64,000 nt of DNA from Chiloscyllium plagiosum (Eukaryota). The stretch covers positions 9,185,323 through 9,249,322 of the forward strand of contig NC_057752.1 of NCBI RefSeq assembly GCF_004010195.1. The letters are read 5' to 3'. Under the pieces are notes generated by a model, which was not told the DNA's origin, made no database searches, and saw only the letters and a list, made by a program, of their open reading frames with translations. This document shows, in pieces, positions 51,761 to 64,000 of this stretch; the first letter of the stretch is position 1; every line of letters starts with the position of its first letter. The translations under genes were made by a program, and so were the position numbers.

Positions 51761-53025
51761 TTCCAGAGGATTGGAGATTGGCCAATGTTCTTCTTTTAAG
51801 AAGGGAAACCAAAATAAGCCAGGTAATTACAGGCCATTGAGCCTGACGTCAGTGGTGGGGAAGCTGTTGGGAATGATACCGAGAGATAGGATTTATTCAC
51901 GTTTGAAAGTGAACGGACTGGTTACTAATCGACAGCACGGGTTTGTACAGGGAAGGTTACGTCTCACCAACTTGATTAAGTTTTTTGAAGTGACGAGAAT
52001 GATCGAGGAGGGAAGGGCAGTGAATGTTGTCCTCATGAACTTTAATAAAAGGAAGGCATTTGATAAGGTAGGTTTTTAAACCTTATGGCAGGCTGGTACA
52101 AGTCTCACGGGACCTGGGGTGTGCTGGCTGGACGGATACAGAACCGGCTTGGTCATAGAAAACCGTAGCGGTGGAAGGATGCTTTTCGGAATGGACATCA
52201 GTAACCCGTGGTGTTCCACAGGGATCAGTGCTGGGACCTTTGCTGTCTGTAATAACTAAATGATGATGATCCAGAGGAAACCGCAAGTGGCCTGAATAGT
52301 AGGTCTGCGAACGGCACCAAAATTGGCAGAGTTCAGATAGTGAGAAAGAATATCAAAGGATACACAGGGACATAGATTGTAGATTTGGGGAGAGAAATGA
52401 GAGATAGACAAATGAGGGGGGATGCATTTTGGAAGATCAAATTCTGCTACAAATTATACAATAAAATGACAGAACCCTTAGGATCACTGACATACAAAAC
52501 GAATCTGGACATACAGGTCCCTGAAAAAGTGGCAACACAAGTAGATAAGGTGGTCAAGAAGGCATACAACATGCTTGCCTTCAGCGGCCAAGGCATAGAA
52601 TATAAAAGTTGGCACGATACGTTACGGTTGTATAAAACGTTAGTTCAGCCACATTTGGAATATTGCATCCAGTTGTGGTCACCACATTATCAGAAGGACG
52701 TGGTTGCCTTAGATTGGGTGCAGAAGAAGGTTTACCAGGATGTTGCCTGGTCCATAGATTGGGTGGATAATCAGAGGATTTTTTCCCCCAGGGTAGAAAG
52801 GTCAACTACAGGAAGGCACAGGTTCAAGGTGAGGGGGAAAAAGTTTTTAGATGGGAAGTGCGAGGAAAAGTTTTCACGCAGAGGGTGGTGGGTGCCTGCA
52901 ATGTACTGGTCAGTGGAGGTGGTAGAAGCAGGCACATTAGCAACGTTTAAAAGCGGATCTTGATAGAAACATGAATGGGAAGCAAACTGAGGAACAGAAA
53001 TATGGCTGGGCAATAAATAGCAGCT
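51761..53025 (+). mobile_element. Decayed CR1, copy B
   Basis: Near-identical reverse complement of 24103-25366, with the same broken ORFs in the track. Confidence 0.9.
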
Positions 53026-53519
53026 CTAAATAAGGATTAGGAATCAATGCATGGAGATTCAAATTCAATTTGAGGAAGAGTAACTTGAGTCTCAAATCAT
53101 TGTTCTCAACTTAAATGAGGGCAGAGAGTCATGGAGAAAAGTGATCAAAAAAAAATCACAGCCTTGGAAAAAAGACTAAGGGGAGGGTCAATGCTTTGCA
53201 AAATTTACACCAGTCAAAAGCAAGGATTTTCTTGTCATTTACTTGTGGGATGTGGGCATTGCTGGCTGACCTACCTTTATTGTTTATTGCTAGCAGCCCT
53301 TGAGAAGGTAGTGGCAAGCTGCTGCCTTGTACTGCTGCAGTCCACATGCTGCAGGCAGACCCACAGGGAGGCAATTCCAGGATTTTGACCCACTGACACT
53401 GAAGAAAACAACAATATATGTCCAAGTCAGGATAGTGACTGGCTTGGAGGGGATCTTGGAGGTGGTGATGTTCCCCTGAATCTGCTGTTCCTTGTTCTTC
53501 TCGATGGAATTGGAGTTCT

Positions 53520-54925
53520 ATGAGAAGGATGGACCATGGCAGTCAGAGAGAGTATCTATTTAAAAACAAAGGCATACGAAATAGAGGAAACTCGTGGTAG
53601 GCCAGAAGATTTGAATTTTTTTTAAGAAAGGTAACAGAGGGAAAAACTGACTGACTATGAAAGTAAATTGGCAAGAAATATTAAAATAAATAGCAAGAGC
53701 TTCTATGGGTTTATTTTTTTAAAAAGTAGTGAAAGCAACAGTGGAACCAGTGGAAGATGCAACTGTGGAATTGATTATGGGGAACAGGGAAATGGTAGAT
53801 AAGTTAAGCCAATATTTTGCATCGGTATTCACAGTAGAGAACATGGTAACATCCCAGATACCAGAAGGAAGATGCTAAAGGAAGAAAACATCTTGCAACA
53901 TTCTTTTTCTTGGAGACAAAGCATTTGACAAAGTCATTGGATTAAAAGACAAACAGGTCACGAGGGCCTGATCGCCTGCACCCCAGGGTTTTAAAAGAGG
54001 TGGCTACAGAAATACTGGAGGCATTGGGTGAAATATTTCAAAACTCACTGAATGCCAGGAGGATTATAGCAGATATCATCTGATGCCCCTGTTCATGAAT
54101 TGAAGGAGACAGAAAACAGGAACCTACAGGCCAGTTAGCCTAACATCTGTTATCTGGAAAATGCTAGAGATCACGATTAAGAAAGAAATAGGGCCAAATT
54201 TATAAATGCTTAACACAAACTCTCAACATGGTATTGTGAAAGAGAAATCATGTTTGACAAATTTGCCAGAGCTATTTGAGGATATAACAAGCATTGTTGA
54301 TAAAGGGGAACCAGTAGAAGTACTGTATTTGGATTCATAAAAGACACTCAAAAGATGCCACATAATCACTCAAGATTGGAGCTCATGGTAATAGGGGCAA
54401 TGTATTAGCATGGATTGAGAAATGATTAACATACAGAAGACAAAGTCAGGATTGATGGGTCTTTTTCCGGTTGGAAGTACATTACTAGTTGAGTGCCACA
54501 ATAATCAGTCCTGGGCCCAATATTTACTATCTATATTAATTACTTGGAGAAGGGGCAGAGTAATGTATCCAAATTTGCTGAAAATAGGTGGGAGGGCATG
54601 TTACATGAAGCACATAAGGAACCTTCAAGAGGTTATAGAGAGGTTGAAATGACCGAGCAAAAACGTGCCAGATGGAGTTTCGTGTAGGAAAGCATGAAGA
54701 CCTGTACTTTGATTGATAGAATCAAATGAACATTGTTATTTAAATGGAGACACTCCAAAGAAAGAGCAGCTGGTTGATTTTGTGCATGAAGCATAAAGCT
54801 AGCACGCAGATGCAGCAAGTAATCAAGGCAGCCAATGAACTCTTGGCCTTTAAATCGATAAAGAGTTAGAGTTTAACTATAGGGAGTCTTGTTTGGCATT
54901 TATAATCTCTGACTGACTGTATTTG
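53520..54925 (+). mobile_element. Old CR1 (RT remnant); its 3' end resumes at ~59625-59825
   Basis: acaggaacctacaggccagttagcctaacatc (G.YRPVSLTS-like) and atcatgtttgacaaattt (SCLTNL). Confidence 0.75.
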
Positions 54926-55364
54926 CATGGCATTGCCTTTGCCGCATACATCAGAATAAAAGTTCCTACGCAAAACCCATGGAGGCAATTGAACAGCTCT
55001 CGTGTCAGAGTCCTCAATGTCCCATTGTATGGAGGACTGTTAATTTTGTTTGTGATGCAAATGGTGACTACTCTTAATAGTAGAGACTTGTTCTGTTTTG
55101 GGTATTCCCCACACCATTTTAATTGGAACTGTGACCAATGGATCCAACCACCAACAACCACCAATGTCACAACCAGTCCAATAAATGGCATTGAGGACGA
55201 GGGATTCTGGGCCTCCTGTACCTCTTCCACATCCCGAGAGGACCTCGTGTGGAGGCTGTTCTGCCCCACTTTAGATTGCTGCTAGCCTATGGCTGTTCCT
55301 CTTTCATTTATCTGTGCCTGGATAGCACAATGATCACAGAGACAATGATCCCTACTGTGGTTGG

Positions 55365-57753
55365 ACCTGTGCCTTCCTGTAGTTGACCTTTCTACCCTGG
55401 GGGAAAAAATCCTCTGATTATCCACCCAATCTATGGACCAGGCAACATCCTGGTAAACCTTCTTCTGCACCCAATCTAAGGCAACCACGTCCTTCTGATA
55501 ATGTGGTGACCACAACTGGATGCAATATTCCAAATGTGGCTGAACTAACGTTTTATACAACCGTAACGTATCATGCCAACTTTTATATTCTGTGCCCTGG
55601 CCGCTGAAGGCAAGCATGCTGTATGCCTTCTTGACCACCTTATCTACTTGTGTTGCCACTTTTTCAGGGACCTGTATGTCCAGATTCGTTTTGTATGTCA
55701 GTGATCCTAAGGGTTCTGTCATTTTATTGTATAATTTGTAGCAGAATTTGATCTTCCAAAATGCATCCCCCCTCATTTGTCTATCTCTCATTTCTCTCCC
55801 CAAATCTACAATCTATGTCCCTGTGTATCCTTTGATATTCTTTCTCACTATCTGAACTCTGCCAATTTTGGTGCCGTTCGCAGACCTACTATTCAGGCCA
55901 CTTGCGGTTTCCTCTGGATCATCATCATTTAGTTATTACAGACAGCAAAGGTCCCAGCACTGATCCCTGTGGAACACCACGGGTTACTGATGTCCATTCC
56001 GAAAAGCATCCTTCCACCGCTACGGTTTTCTATGACCAAGCCGGTTCTGTATCCGTCCAGCCAGCACACCCCAGGTCCCGTGAGACTTGTACCAGCCTGC
56101 CATAAGGTTTAAAAACCTACCTTATCAAATGCCTTCCTTTTATTAAAGTTCATGAGGACAACATTCACTGCCCTTCCCTCCTCGATCATTCTCGTCACTT
56201 CAAAAAACTTAATCAAGTTGGTGAGACGTAACCTTCCCTGTACAAACCCGTGCTGTCGATTAGTAACCAGTCCGTTCACTTTCAAACGTGAATAAATCCT
56301 ATCTCTCGGTATCATTCCCAACAGCTTCCCCACCACTGACGTCAGGCTCAATGGCCTGTAATTACCTGGCTTATTTTGGTTTCCCTTAAACAAAGGAACA
56401 ACATTGGCCAATCTCCAATCCTCTGGAAACTCACCTGAGGCCAAAGAGGATGCAAAGGTAACTGTTAAGGCCGCAGCTATTTCCTCCCTTGCCCCTCACT
56501 GTATCCTGGGATAGATACCATCGGGTTCTGGGGACTTGTCTACCTAAATATCTTTCAAGACACCAAATACTTCCTCCTCCTCCATTATGTTGACCAGCCT
56601 GAGAGTATTCACATACCTTTCCCTAACCTCAACATCCCTCACATTCCTCTCTTTTTTTGGGGTGAATAACAATGTAAAGTACTCATTAAGGATCTCACCC
56701 ATTTCCTCTGGCTCCACACATTACTTCCCTCCTTTTTATCCTTGAGTGGGCCTACTGATTTTCCCTGATGACCCTCTTGTTCCTAATATTTGTATAGAAT
56801 TCCTTGGGGTTTTCCTCTAACCTTGGTGGCCATGTTTAGCCCTGCTAGCTCCCTGTTTTGAGCTCCTTCCTACTTTCTCAATATTTTATTTTCACTAAGT
56901 TGATGCCTTTCCCTGCCATCCAAGGTTCCTGAATACTGACATTCCTATCCTTCATTTCCACAGGAACATGCCTGTCATGCCCTGTAATCAATTGGACTTT
57001 GAATGACTCTCTCCCATGTCAGATGTGGTTTAACCCTCAAACAGCTGCTCCCAATCCGCATTCTCCAATTCTTGCCTAACTTGGTCATAGTTTGCCTTCT
57101 CCCAACTTAATGCCTTCATTCAAGGTCCGCTCTTGTCCTTGTCAATAAATATCTGAAAACGTATGCAATTACTGTCATTGTTCCCAAAATGCACCCCCAC
57201 TGAAACTTTGATCACCTGGCTGAGCTCATTTCCCAATATCAGGTCCAGTATGGCCCCCTCCCTTGTTGGACTATCCACATATTGTTTCAAAAAACCCTCC
57301 TGGACAAATGTAGCAAATTGCTCCCCATCCAAACCCCCAGCACGAAGGGAATCCCAGTCAATATGGTGGAAGTTAAAATCACCGACTATCACAACCCTGT
57401 TTTCACATTTCCAGAATCTGCCTACTTATCTCCTCTTCTATCTCCTGCTGGCTGCTGGGAGGTCTCATTGTGATTGCACCCTTCCTATTCCTGAGCTGTA
57501 ACCGTAATGCCTCGCTGCAAGATCCCTCCAAGGTGTCCTCCCTTAACATAGTTGTGATATGCTCCCTAACCAGTAATGCAACTTCCCCACCTTTTTTATT
57601 GCTTCTCTCTGTCTCCTCTAAAACATCAATATCCTGGAACGTTAAGCTGCCAGTCCTGTCCCTCTTTCAATCATGTGTCTGCTCGCAGCAGCATCATAAT
57701 TGCATGCGTTTATTCAGGCTCTAAGTTCATCTGTCTTACCTATTATACTTTTT
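55365..57753 (-). mobile_element. Decayed CR1, copy C; resumes at 59537-59610 after the L1 insertion
   Basis: Direct near-identical repeat of 24303-26523. Confidence 0.9.
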
Positions 57754-59536
57754 TTTTTCTCCACAAGTTTACAAAAGAAAACTAAAAAAAAAACCCAAGT
57801 ATAAACATTGATATACAGTTAAATCTTAAATGATAACTGAAATCTATCAAACAAGAAAACAGAAATACCAAGAGGAAAAAAAAAAGACAGAACTCAACTA
57901 ACTACTCATCTAACTTACACTCTGGTTAGTTGTATCATTAAAATTCTTACATTATTCAAGAGAAAAAAAAATCTAACGGATAACAGATAAATTGAGCAGT
58001 GATATACATGCTCGGAATGTGTTAACATCAGATCACAACAAAACCCGTATTTATTCAAAACATCCCGAGCATAGAGCATATAAAATTCACAAAAATAAAA
58101 GCGCTTTTGTACATTCAGATCAATATAATAAAAAAAACCCATTTCTAAATAGTAAAAAAAAAAGTATAAAACGTGTTTTAAATGGAGATCTTCCCCCTTA
58201 TTCCCAGGGGGCATCACTTCCTTTCCAAAAAACTCCATCATAACCTCTCCTAACCAGTGCTCCACCCTTGACCCAGGCACCCCACGATAGGATAAAGAAA
58301 ATTCAAGTATACCACTGAACGAGAACTAACAGTGAGTACCCTATCCCCTAGACCCCCTGGCCTATATATATATTTAAAAAAGGGGGGGGGGGGGAAATAA
58401 GCCCTTCTTTCCCCCCCGAGATAATATTAAACAGTAAGATAATGAAAGGGAAAAAAAAGGGGCGGGTGTGGGATAGGGCAATACAACATCAATGAACTCT
58501 AATGATTTGTCTGAGAGTCCAAAAGTTCCTTGGCCTTCTCCGGTGATCCGAAGTTAAACACTGACCCTTCATGGCTTAAGCGTAGTATAGCTGGGTAGCG
58601 CAAGGAGTATTGAATGTTTAAATCCCTTAACACTTCTTTGCTTCATCAAACGCCTTCCTCTTTCGAACCAAAGCTAGGGAAAAGTCCTGAAATAACATAA
58701 TCTTGGATCCTTTATGAGTCATGGCTTGTGGATCTTTCCCAAGATTTCTGGAGGCTTCCAAGAGCATCTGCCTCACCTTTTAGCTCTGCAGCTGGAACAG
58801 GACCGGGAGGGGGCGCTGGTTCGAGCCGGGCCCGTGTATTGCGACCCGGTAGGCCCATTCTACCCTTACCTGGCCTGATCCAGCCTCCAGATTCAATAAC
58901 TGTGGAAGCCACTGTTCAAGGAACCTTGTAAGCTGGCCATCTTCTTCCCGTTTGGGAAGGCCCAGCAAACGAATATTTTTTCGACGACCTCTATTCTCGA
59001 GGTTGTCAGTGTGGTTCTCTAAGGTCCGGACTTGCTGCTCGAGAGTCTGGACCCGATCCACGGCCGATTCTGCAATGGCGTTGGAGGTCGCGGCCTTTAG
59101 CTCCACCCCTCCGACTCGGCATTCAATTTCCTCGATGTCTCGGCCGTGCTTTTGTAGCGCGGCCGAGAGTGAATTCCATCGACTTCGGGACTCAATAAAG
59201 GCATCGATCTTCGCATCGAGTTTAGAGATTATTTCCGCGAGGCTCACCACCGTAGATAAGTCCCCCAGGTGGCTGTGGACGCCTCTGCTGCAGCTGAGGA
59301 GGGTGGGGGAGGGGCTCCTGCCTGCTGAGAACTGCGGGCTCCTTTTCCCCCTAGTCATTTTTACAGGAGACTGAACTGTATAAATTTAGTCCTAAACCAC
59401 TAATTATATTAAATAAAAACTATTTTTAGTTGATTTGGTGAGTGTGGTGGGGGAGGTTGGCCCACTTTGCCTATGTCTTGGTAGGAGCACTATAGACTCA
59501 GACTTGCTGAGTTGCCGCCATCTTGGATCTCCCCCC
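57754..59536 (-). mobile_element. L1-clade element with ORF1 only (half-L1-like), both ends intact
   Basis: 5' end GGGGGGAGATCCAAGATGGCGG, ORF1 59358-58499, T-rich 3' region, A-tail. TSD attatacttttt (57742-57753 / 59537-59548). Confidence 0.85.
58499..59358 (-). pseudogene. L1 ORF1p (coiled coil, RRM, CTD) with one nonsense codon and one 1-bp deletion
   Basis: LENRGRRKNIRLLGLP...AYRV, TAA at 58780-58782, then in frame KVRQMLLEASR..KIMLFQDFSLALVRKRKAFDEAK, then after a frameshift LRDLNIQYSLRYPAILRL..FGSPEKAKELL. Confidence 0.85.
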
Positions 59537-62500
59537 ATTATACTTTTTGCATTGAAGCAAATACAGTCCAAGCCTCCCACCTCCACTGAGCTCAGCAATC
59601 TGTCTGTAATAAGAAATTTTGCTAAATTGGAGAGTTGTGAACCTTGAGATTCCTTGACCATGGAGGCCTGTGGAGATTCGTTCTTTGAGTGGGTTTAAGG
59701 TAGAGATAGGTCTGTGATTGTTAATATGGGTTATGGGATTCAGATGGGTAAAAGACACTGAAGTATTGATCATATTGAATGGCAGAGCAGGCTTGACGGG
59801 CTGACTGGCCTGTTCCTTCCTATGATGAGTGTCCCCAGTGGACTGGCATTGAATTGACTACTTGTGATCTTGAAATATTACCCTGGAGTTGCAAATAGGC
59901 TTTCAGATCTGATCGGTATCCTCGCCAATGATTTTTTAAATCAAATTGGGCAAACGGTCTCTTGATGATACTGGAGCAGAAATATTTATGGAAGGAAGTT
60001 TGTAATTCTCCCATACAAATAAGATAATGCATATTATTCCATAAGTCATGCTTTATCTACTTAATCACACATCTATTTGAGCTGGACAGCACATCGGGAT
60101 GTTATTAGTTTATTGTTGGGAGTGGAGCAAAATGGCTTTTTTGGAAACTTCACATGAAGTTTCCAAGATTACAGCATAGCTAGTAGCAATTGGCCTAGTG
60201 CATGGCTACCTAGTCCAGAAAAGTCCTGATTTGGTCTATTAGATGGAAAGATGGTGGTTATTGTTGGGGGGGGGGGTTGGAAAAGAGAGAGCGAGAGAGA
60301 GAGAGAGAGATCTGTTCTTTTGAGGTATTAGTAAAGGCACTACAATTGGTTACGGTTGTTTGAGAGAGAACTTTAGCTCTGCATTCAGTTTTTAGTGACT
60401 GCTATACAGGTATTTGTGCTGATATTGGGCTCATCTCTGCTGTACCTCTTTTTCAACGTTAAATAGCCTGCCAGCACTCCCCAACCGTTGCATATGAATG
60501 CTGACACTTTTACACTAGTCCAGTAAGAAGGTCTCCAAAGGTATGCACTGCCAATAAAGCAAACATTCAGGCACTTCAGGTGAGCTGACTAATTGGAAAG
60601 TACCAATTTTTTTTAAGATAAAGTTGACTGAAGAGATTAGTTTTGATTATCGCCAAATGTNNNNNNNNNNNNNNNNNNNNNNNNNNNNNNNNNNNNNNNN
60701 NNNNNNNNNNNNNNNNNNNNNNNNNNNNNNNNNNNNNNNNNNNNNNNNNNNNNNNNNNNNNNNNNNNNNNNNNNNNNNNNNNNNNNNNNNNNNNNNNNNN
60801 NNNNNNNNNNNNNNNNNNNNNNNNNNNNNNNNNNNNNNNNNNNNNNNNNNNNNNNNNNNNNNNNNNNNNNNNNNNNNNNNNNNNNNNNNNNNNNNNNNNN
60901 NNNNNNNNNNNNNNNNNNNNNNNNNNNNNNNNNNNNNNNNNNNNNNNNNNNNNNNNNNNNNNNNNNNNNNNNNNNNNNNNNNNNNNNNNNNNNNNNNNNN
61001 NNNNNNNNNNNNNNNNNNNNNNNNNNNNNNNNNNNNNNNNNNNNNNNNNNNNNNNNNNNNNNNNNNNNNNNNNNNNNNNNNNNNNNNNNNNNNNNNNNNN
61101 NNNNNNNNNNNNNNNNNNNNNNNNNNNNNNNNNNNNNNNNNNNNNNNNNNNNNNNNNNNNCGCTCTCGCGCTCTCTCGCTCTTTCCTCTCTTTTTTTTCT
61201 CTCTCCCTCTGCACATTTGCCTGCAAACTCAGCAGCAAACAGCCTCTGAACTGTAAACTTAGAATGAAATTAAATCAGTATGCAGTATTGTGGTTCAAGT
61301 CCCACCTGATCCATGTGTGCCATGACAGCTCTGAACATGTTGATTAGAACATAACTGCAATGTTATTTTACAGGTGGTAAGAAATCAATTCTTGCCTGAA
61401 ATTTCATCACTAAATATGATTTCACACTGACACTTCACAGAGTTGCAGAAATGTTACAGCACAGAAAGAGATCATTTAGTCTATCATGCCTGCAACGGTT
61501 TATTAAATGAGTATTATTACCTAGTGCCAAATATAATTAAGTTGGTGTCCAGGAAACCATTATTTGTACTGACTTCTGGAGATTTTAGCAAATCTGGATC
61601 TGGGCAGTTTATCCTGACAGTAGACTTAGACCGCTGTTAAAAACTGGCTTTCAGTCTACTGCCATGTATAAAGGATCTGAATATCAGCTCGCCAACACAG
61701 CTGTCGTGTAATTTGACCCAAACAAGTCGCAATTTTTGTTTCAAAAAAATTTCAAGTTTGCAATCATATGAACTCTGAGGACAAATATATTGTCAAGGAT
61801 AAGGGTTTTCTTTGGGAGGTAAAAAGAGAAAAGCCACCAAAAAGATAACACGTGACTCAATAACACACATTACCTTAAATCCAAGAGTGTGTTTTTGCTT
61901 TCTTTGAGTGAGTTTTACAAGTGAACAGGATAAACAGCTGTGCATCAGGTCAGATAGAGGGATCTGGAAATGTTTTTTTGGCTTGGCGGGGCGGAAACGC
62001 CAGTAGCTTGAAGAAAGCCCTTTTTGGTTTCTGTTTGCAGAGATCTTGGCTAAAGATGGATCTGCAAAACTGTTACTCCTAAGAAAGAGAGGAAGTTTAG
62101 GACCATTAACAAAGAGGTTACCTTTGTATAAGAAGGTTAGTTTAAAAGTTCCACAGCAGAAGTGAAGGGGTTAAATTCCTGAATGGGCATTTGAAGCTGA
62201 GAAAGTGTAAGCTCAGTTGTGTGAAGGCTCAATGAAGAGGCTGTCAGGTTCTTGAAAATTGAAGCTATGATTAAATTAATCCCTGTAGATGAGATTCGGA
62301 AGGGAATTTCTCTTTGTGAATACTGTGCTTTTTGGATTTATGGGATTGTATTTTACTATGTTGTGAAAGTTTTTAATTTGTATAAATAGTTTGGTTTATT
62401 CTGTTTTTATTACAAAATACACCTGTTTTATTGTTGAAACCAAATTCAAAGCATTGTGTGCTTGTACTTCAGTGAAAGACCACCACTGTTTTAAAACATT

Positions 62501-63040
62501 TTTTTTGCAACAAAGCCAAATTTTCAGTGTGGGATCTGACTTGGCTAGTAATAACATTAGTGGAATCATAATACTAGAAATGAGGATTTGGTTTGAGAAT
62601 GGAAAAGTGCATTTCCCTTTGCATTGAGAAAGTGAAAAAAAAATTTTTTCATAGTATACTGCTGCTTTCACCTTTTCTATCAGGAAGAAACTGAAGGAAT
62701 TTAAAGAAACACAGCCAAAGTAATGTGGAAAGCTGAAGAAATTTAGTTAATGGGTCAATGGTCTAAAATAGCTTAAAAAGTACATTTGTTCTTCAGTGAA
62801 TTCCAGTAAAATGTTAGTTTCATATCAAAAGTAGGGGGCTGTGTTTGTTGGGTAAATGCTTGGAGTTTTGCTGAACCATTTGGATTAACAGGGGCCTGTC
62901 TCTCACTGTCTCACTGGTTTGATTAAGTATCTTGGAATATTGTACTATACAGAAACAAGCTGTAGGTATCATCACTTTGCATGTACCAGTTGAGTTTTTA
63001 AAAAATTCTTTAATACTGTCATTGTGTTTGTGTAGCAATA

Positions 63041-63352
63041 CAGGTGCACAATCCTTTATCCGAAATCCAAAATCTTTTCGTGGAGTGTGGAGCGTTCTTT
63101 TGGCGTGAGGGCAGGTGACCCCAACTCTATACATGCACACACATTCGAACCACATCACTCCGATGTGGTGTGGCCCAGCACTGGCAGGCGTCAATTGTGT
63201 CTCAGCACTCGTACTATTCTCACGTGCGTCTGCTGTTAGGTATTTTTAAATGACATTTTCATAGTGAAATAGAGTTATTCTGAAATTCAAAAAATTCCAA
63301 ATTCTGAAAAACATCTGGCCCCAAAGATTTATGATAAAGGATTGTGTACCTG
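63041..63352. mobile_element. Tc1/mariner-superfamily (Tigger/pogo-like) MITE
   Basis: 20-bp TIRs caggtgcacaatcctttatc / gataaaggattgtgtacctg (1 mismatch), with TA on both sides (63039-63040, 63353-63354). Confidence 0.88.
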
Positions 63353-63363
63353 TATTAATATCA

Positions 63364-63515
63364 GTGTGGTGCTGGAAAAGCACAACAGGTCAGGCAGTAT
63401 CCAAGGAGCAGGAGACTTGACGTTTCGGACAGAAGCCTTTCATTAGGAATGTGGGGGTCTGAGAGATAAAGTGGAGCTGGTGTGGTTGGGGGGGTGGGTG
63501 GGGGAGGCGGGGTTG
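63364..63515 (-). mobile_element. PLE pLTR fragment with degenerate hammerhead core
   Basis: gtgctggaaaagcacaacaggtcaggcag..gacgtttcggacagaagcctttcattaggaat. Confidence 0.75.
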
Positions 63516-63592
63516 GAGTTAACATCCTTTTCAGTGTTATTTACTACATTACACACTCTCCTTTTTTATGTGCAGGCAAACCTATAGAGGAC

Positions 63593-63711
63593 ATGGAGCG
63601 ATCATCATTTACCAGAGGGCAATGGACATCTCAGTCCCTGCGGATTACTGCCAAAGAGCTGTCTATCGTTAATAAAAGGGGAACAGCGGCTCTGAGGGAA
63701 CGTTTTTCTAA
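63593..63711 (+). CDS. LIMA1: First coding exon of LIMA1/EPLIN long (beta) isoform; exon 63576-63711, CDS continues beyond the window
   Basis: Acceptor ctctccttttttatgtgcag ends at 63575, ATG at 63593, donor AA|gtaagt at 63712. Translation MERSSFTRGQWTSQSLRITAKELSIVNKRGTAALRERFS(K) matches the recalled vertebrate EPLIN-beta N-terminus (human MESSPFNRRQWTSLSLRVTAKELSLVNKNKSSAIVEIFSK), with the same 40-residue length. Confidence 0.92.
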
Positions 63712-64000
63712 GTAAGTACATTAAATAGGGACGATAAATAGCTTTCTAGGTCGACGAAGGTTGGCTGTCCCTTTCTGCTTGTGTGCCATGTGATGTTTTG
63801 CCATTTGACCCTCTTAGGAATCTGTATTTGTTAATACAGACCTGAGCCTATAGGCTTAAAGTGAAGGATGCTGTTTTCCCAAATCGCAAATGGCTGAAAG
63901 CTCTAAACTCTGGTCCACATGGTTATTTGTCTGCACCTCGAATTTTGCACTAAGTTGCCATCCACATGCATAGTTTGAGATGGTATTGGAAGTAAGCCAT

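Noticed and set aside
55340..55364. NDPYCGW resembling a semaphorin/plexin PSI motif
   Set aside because: An in-frame stop lies a few codons upstream and there are no splice sites or further homology.
1..64000. Antisense orientation bias of LINEs relative to LIMA1
   Set aside because: Both orientations are common, and the excess on minus is too small to interpret.

Overview
Eukaryotic, repeat-dense, essentially non-coding DNA, most likely from a shark or other cartilaginous fish. This is inferred from HE1-type V-SINEs, SacSINE1-like Deu-SINE remnants and abundant CR1 LINEs. The only host gene sequence I can support is one exon at the right end (63576-63711, + strand). It encodes the N-terminus of LIMA1/EPLIN (long isoform), so the rest of the window is probably LIMA1 intron 1 or upstream DNA. 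Nearly all ORFs in the track are transposon debris or artefacts of three N-gaps. The most notable structure is a set of small Penelope-like-element (PLE) derived insertions from several lineages. Many fold back on themselves, are flanked by 10-16 bp target-site duplications (TSDs) and carry a minimal hammerhead-ribozyme core with a palindromic stem III. Also present: a TSD-flanked ORF1-only ('half-L1'-like) element, a decayed CR1 segment in three near-identical copies (two forming an inverted repeat), a Harbinger-like element with a Myb-domain remnant, a Gypsy remnant, solo LTRs and a Tigger-like MITE. Family assignments come from recalled motifs, not database searches. Repeat boundaries were set by eye and are approximate.
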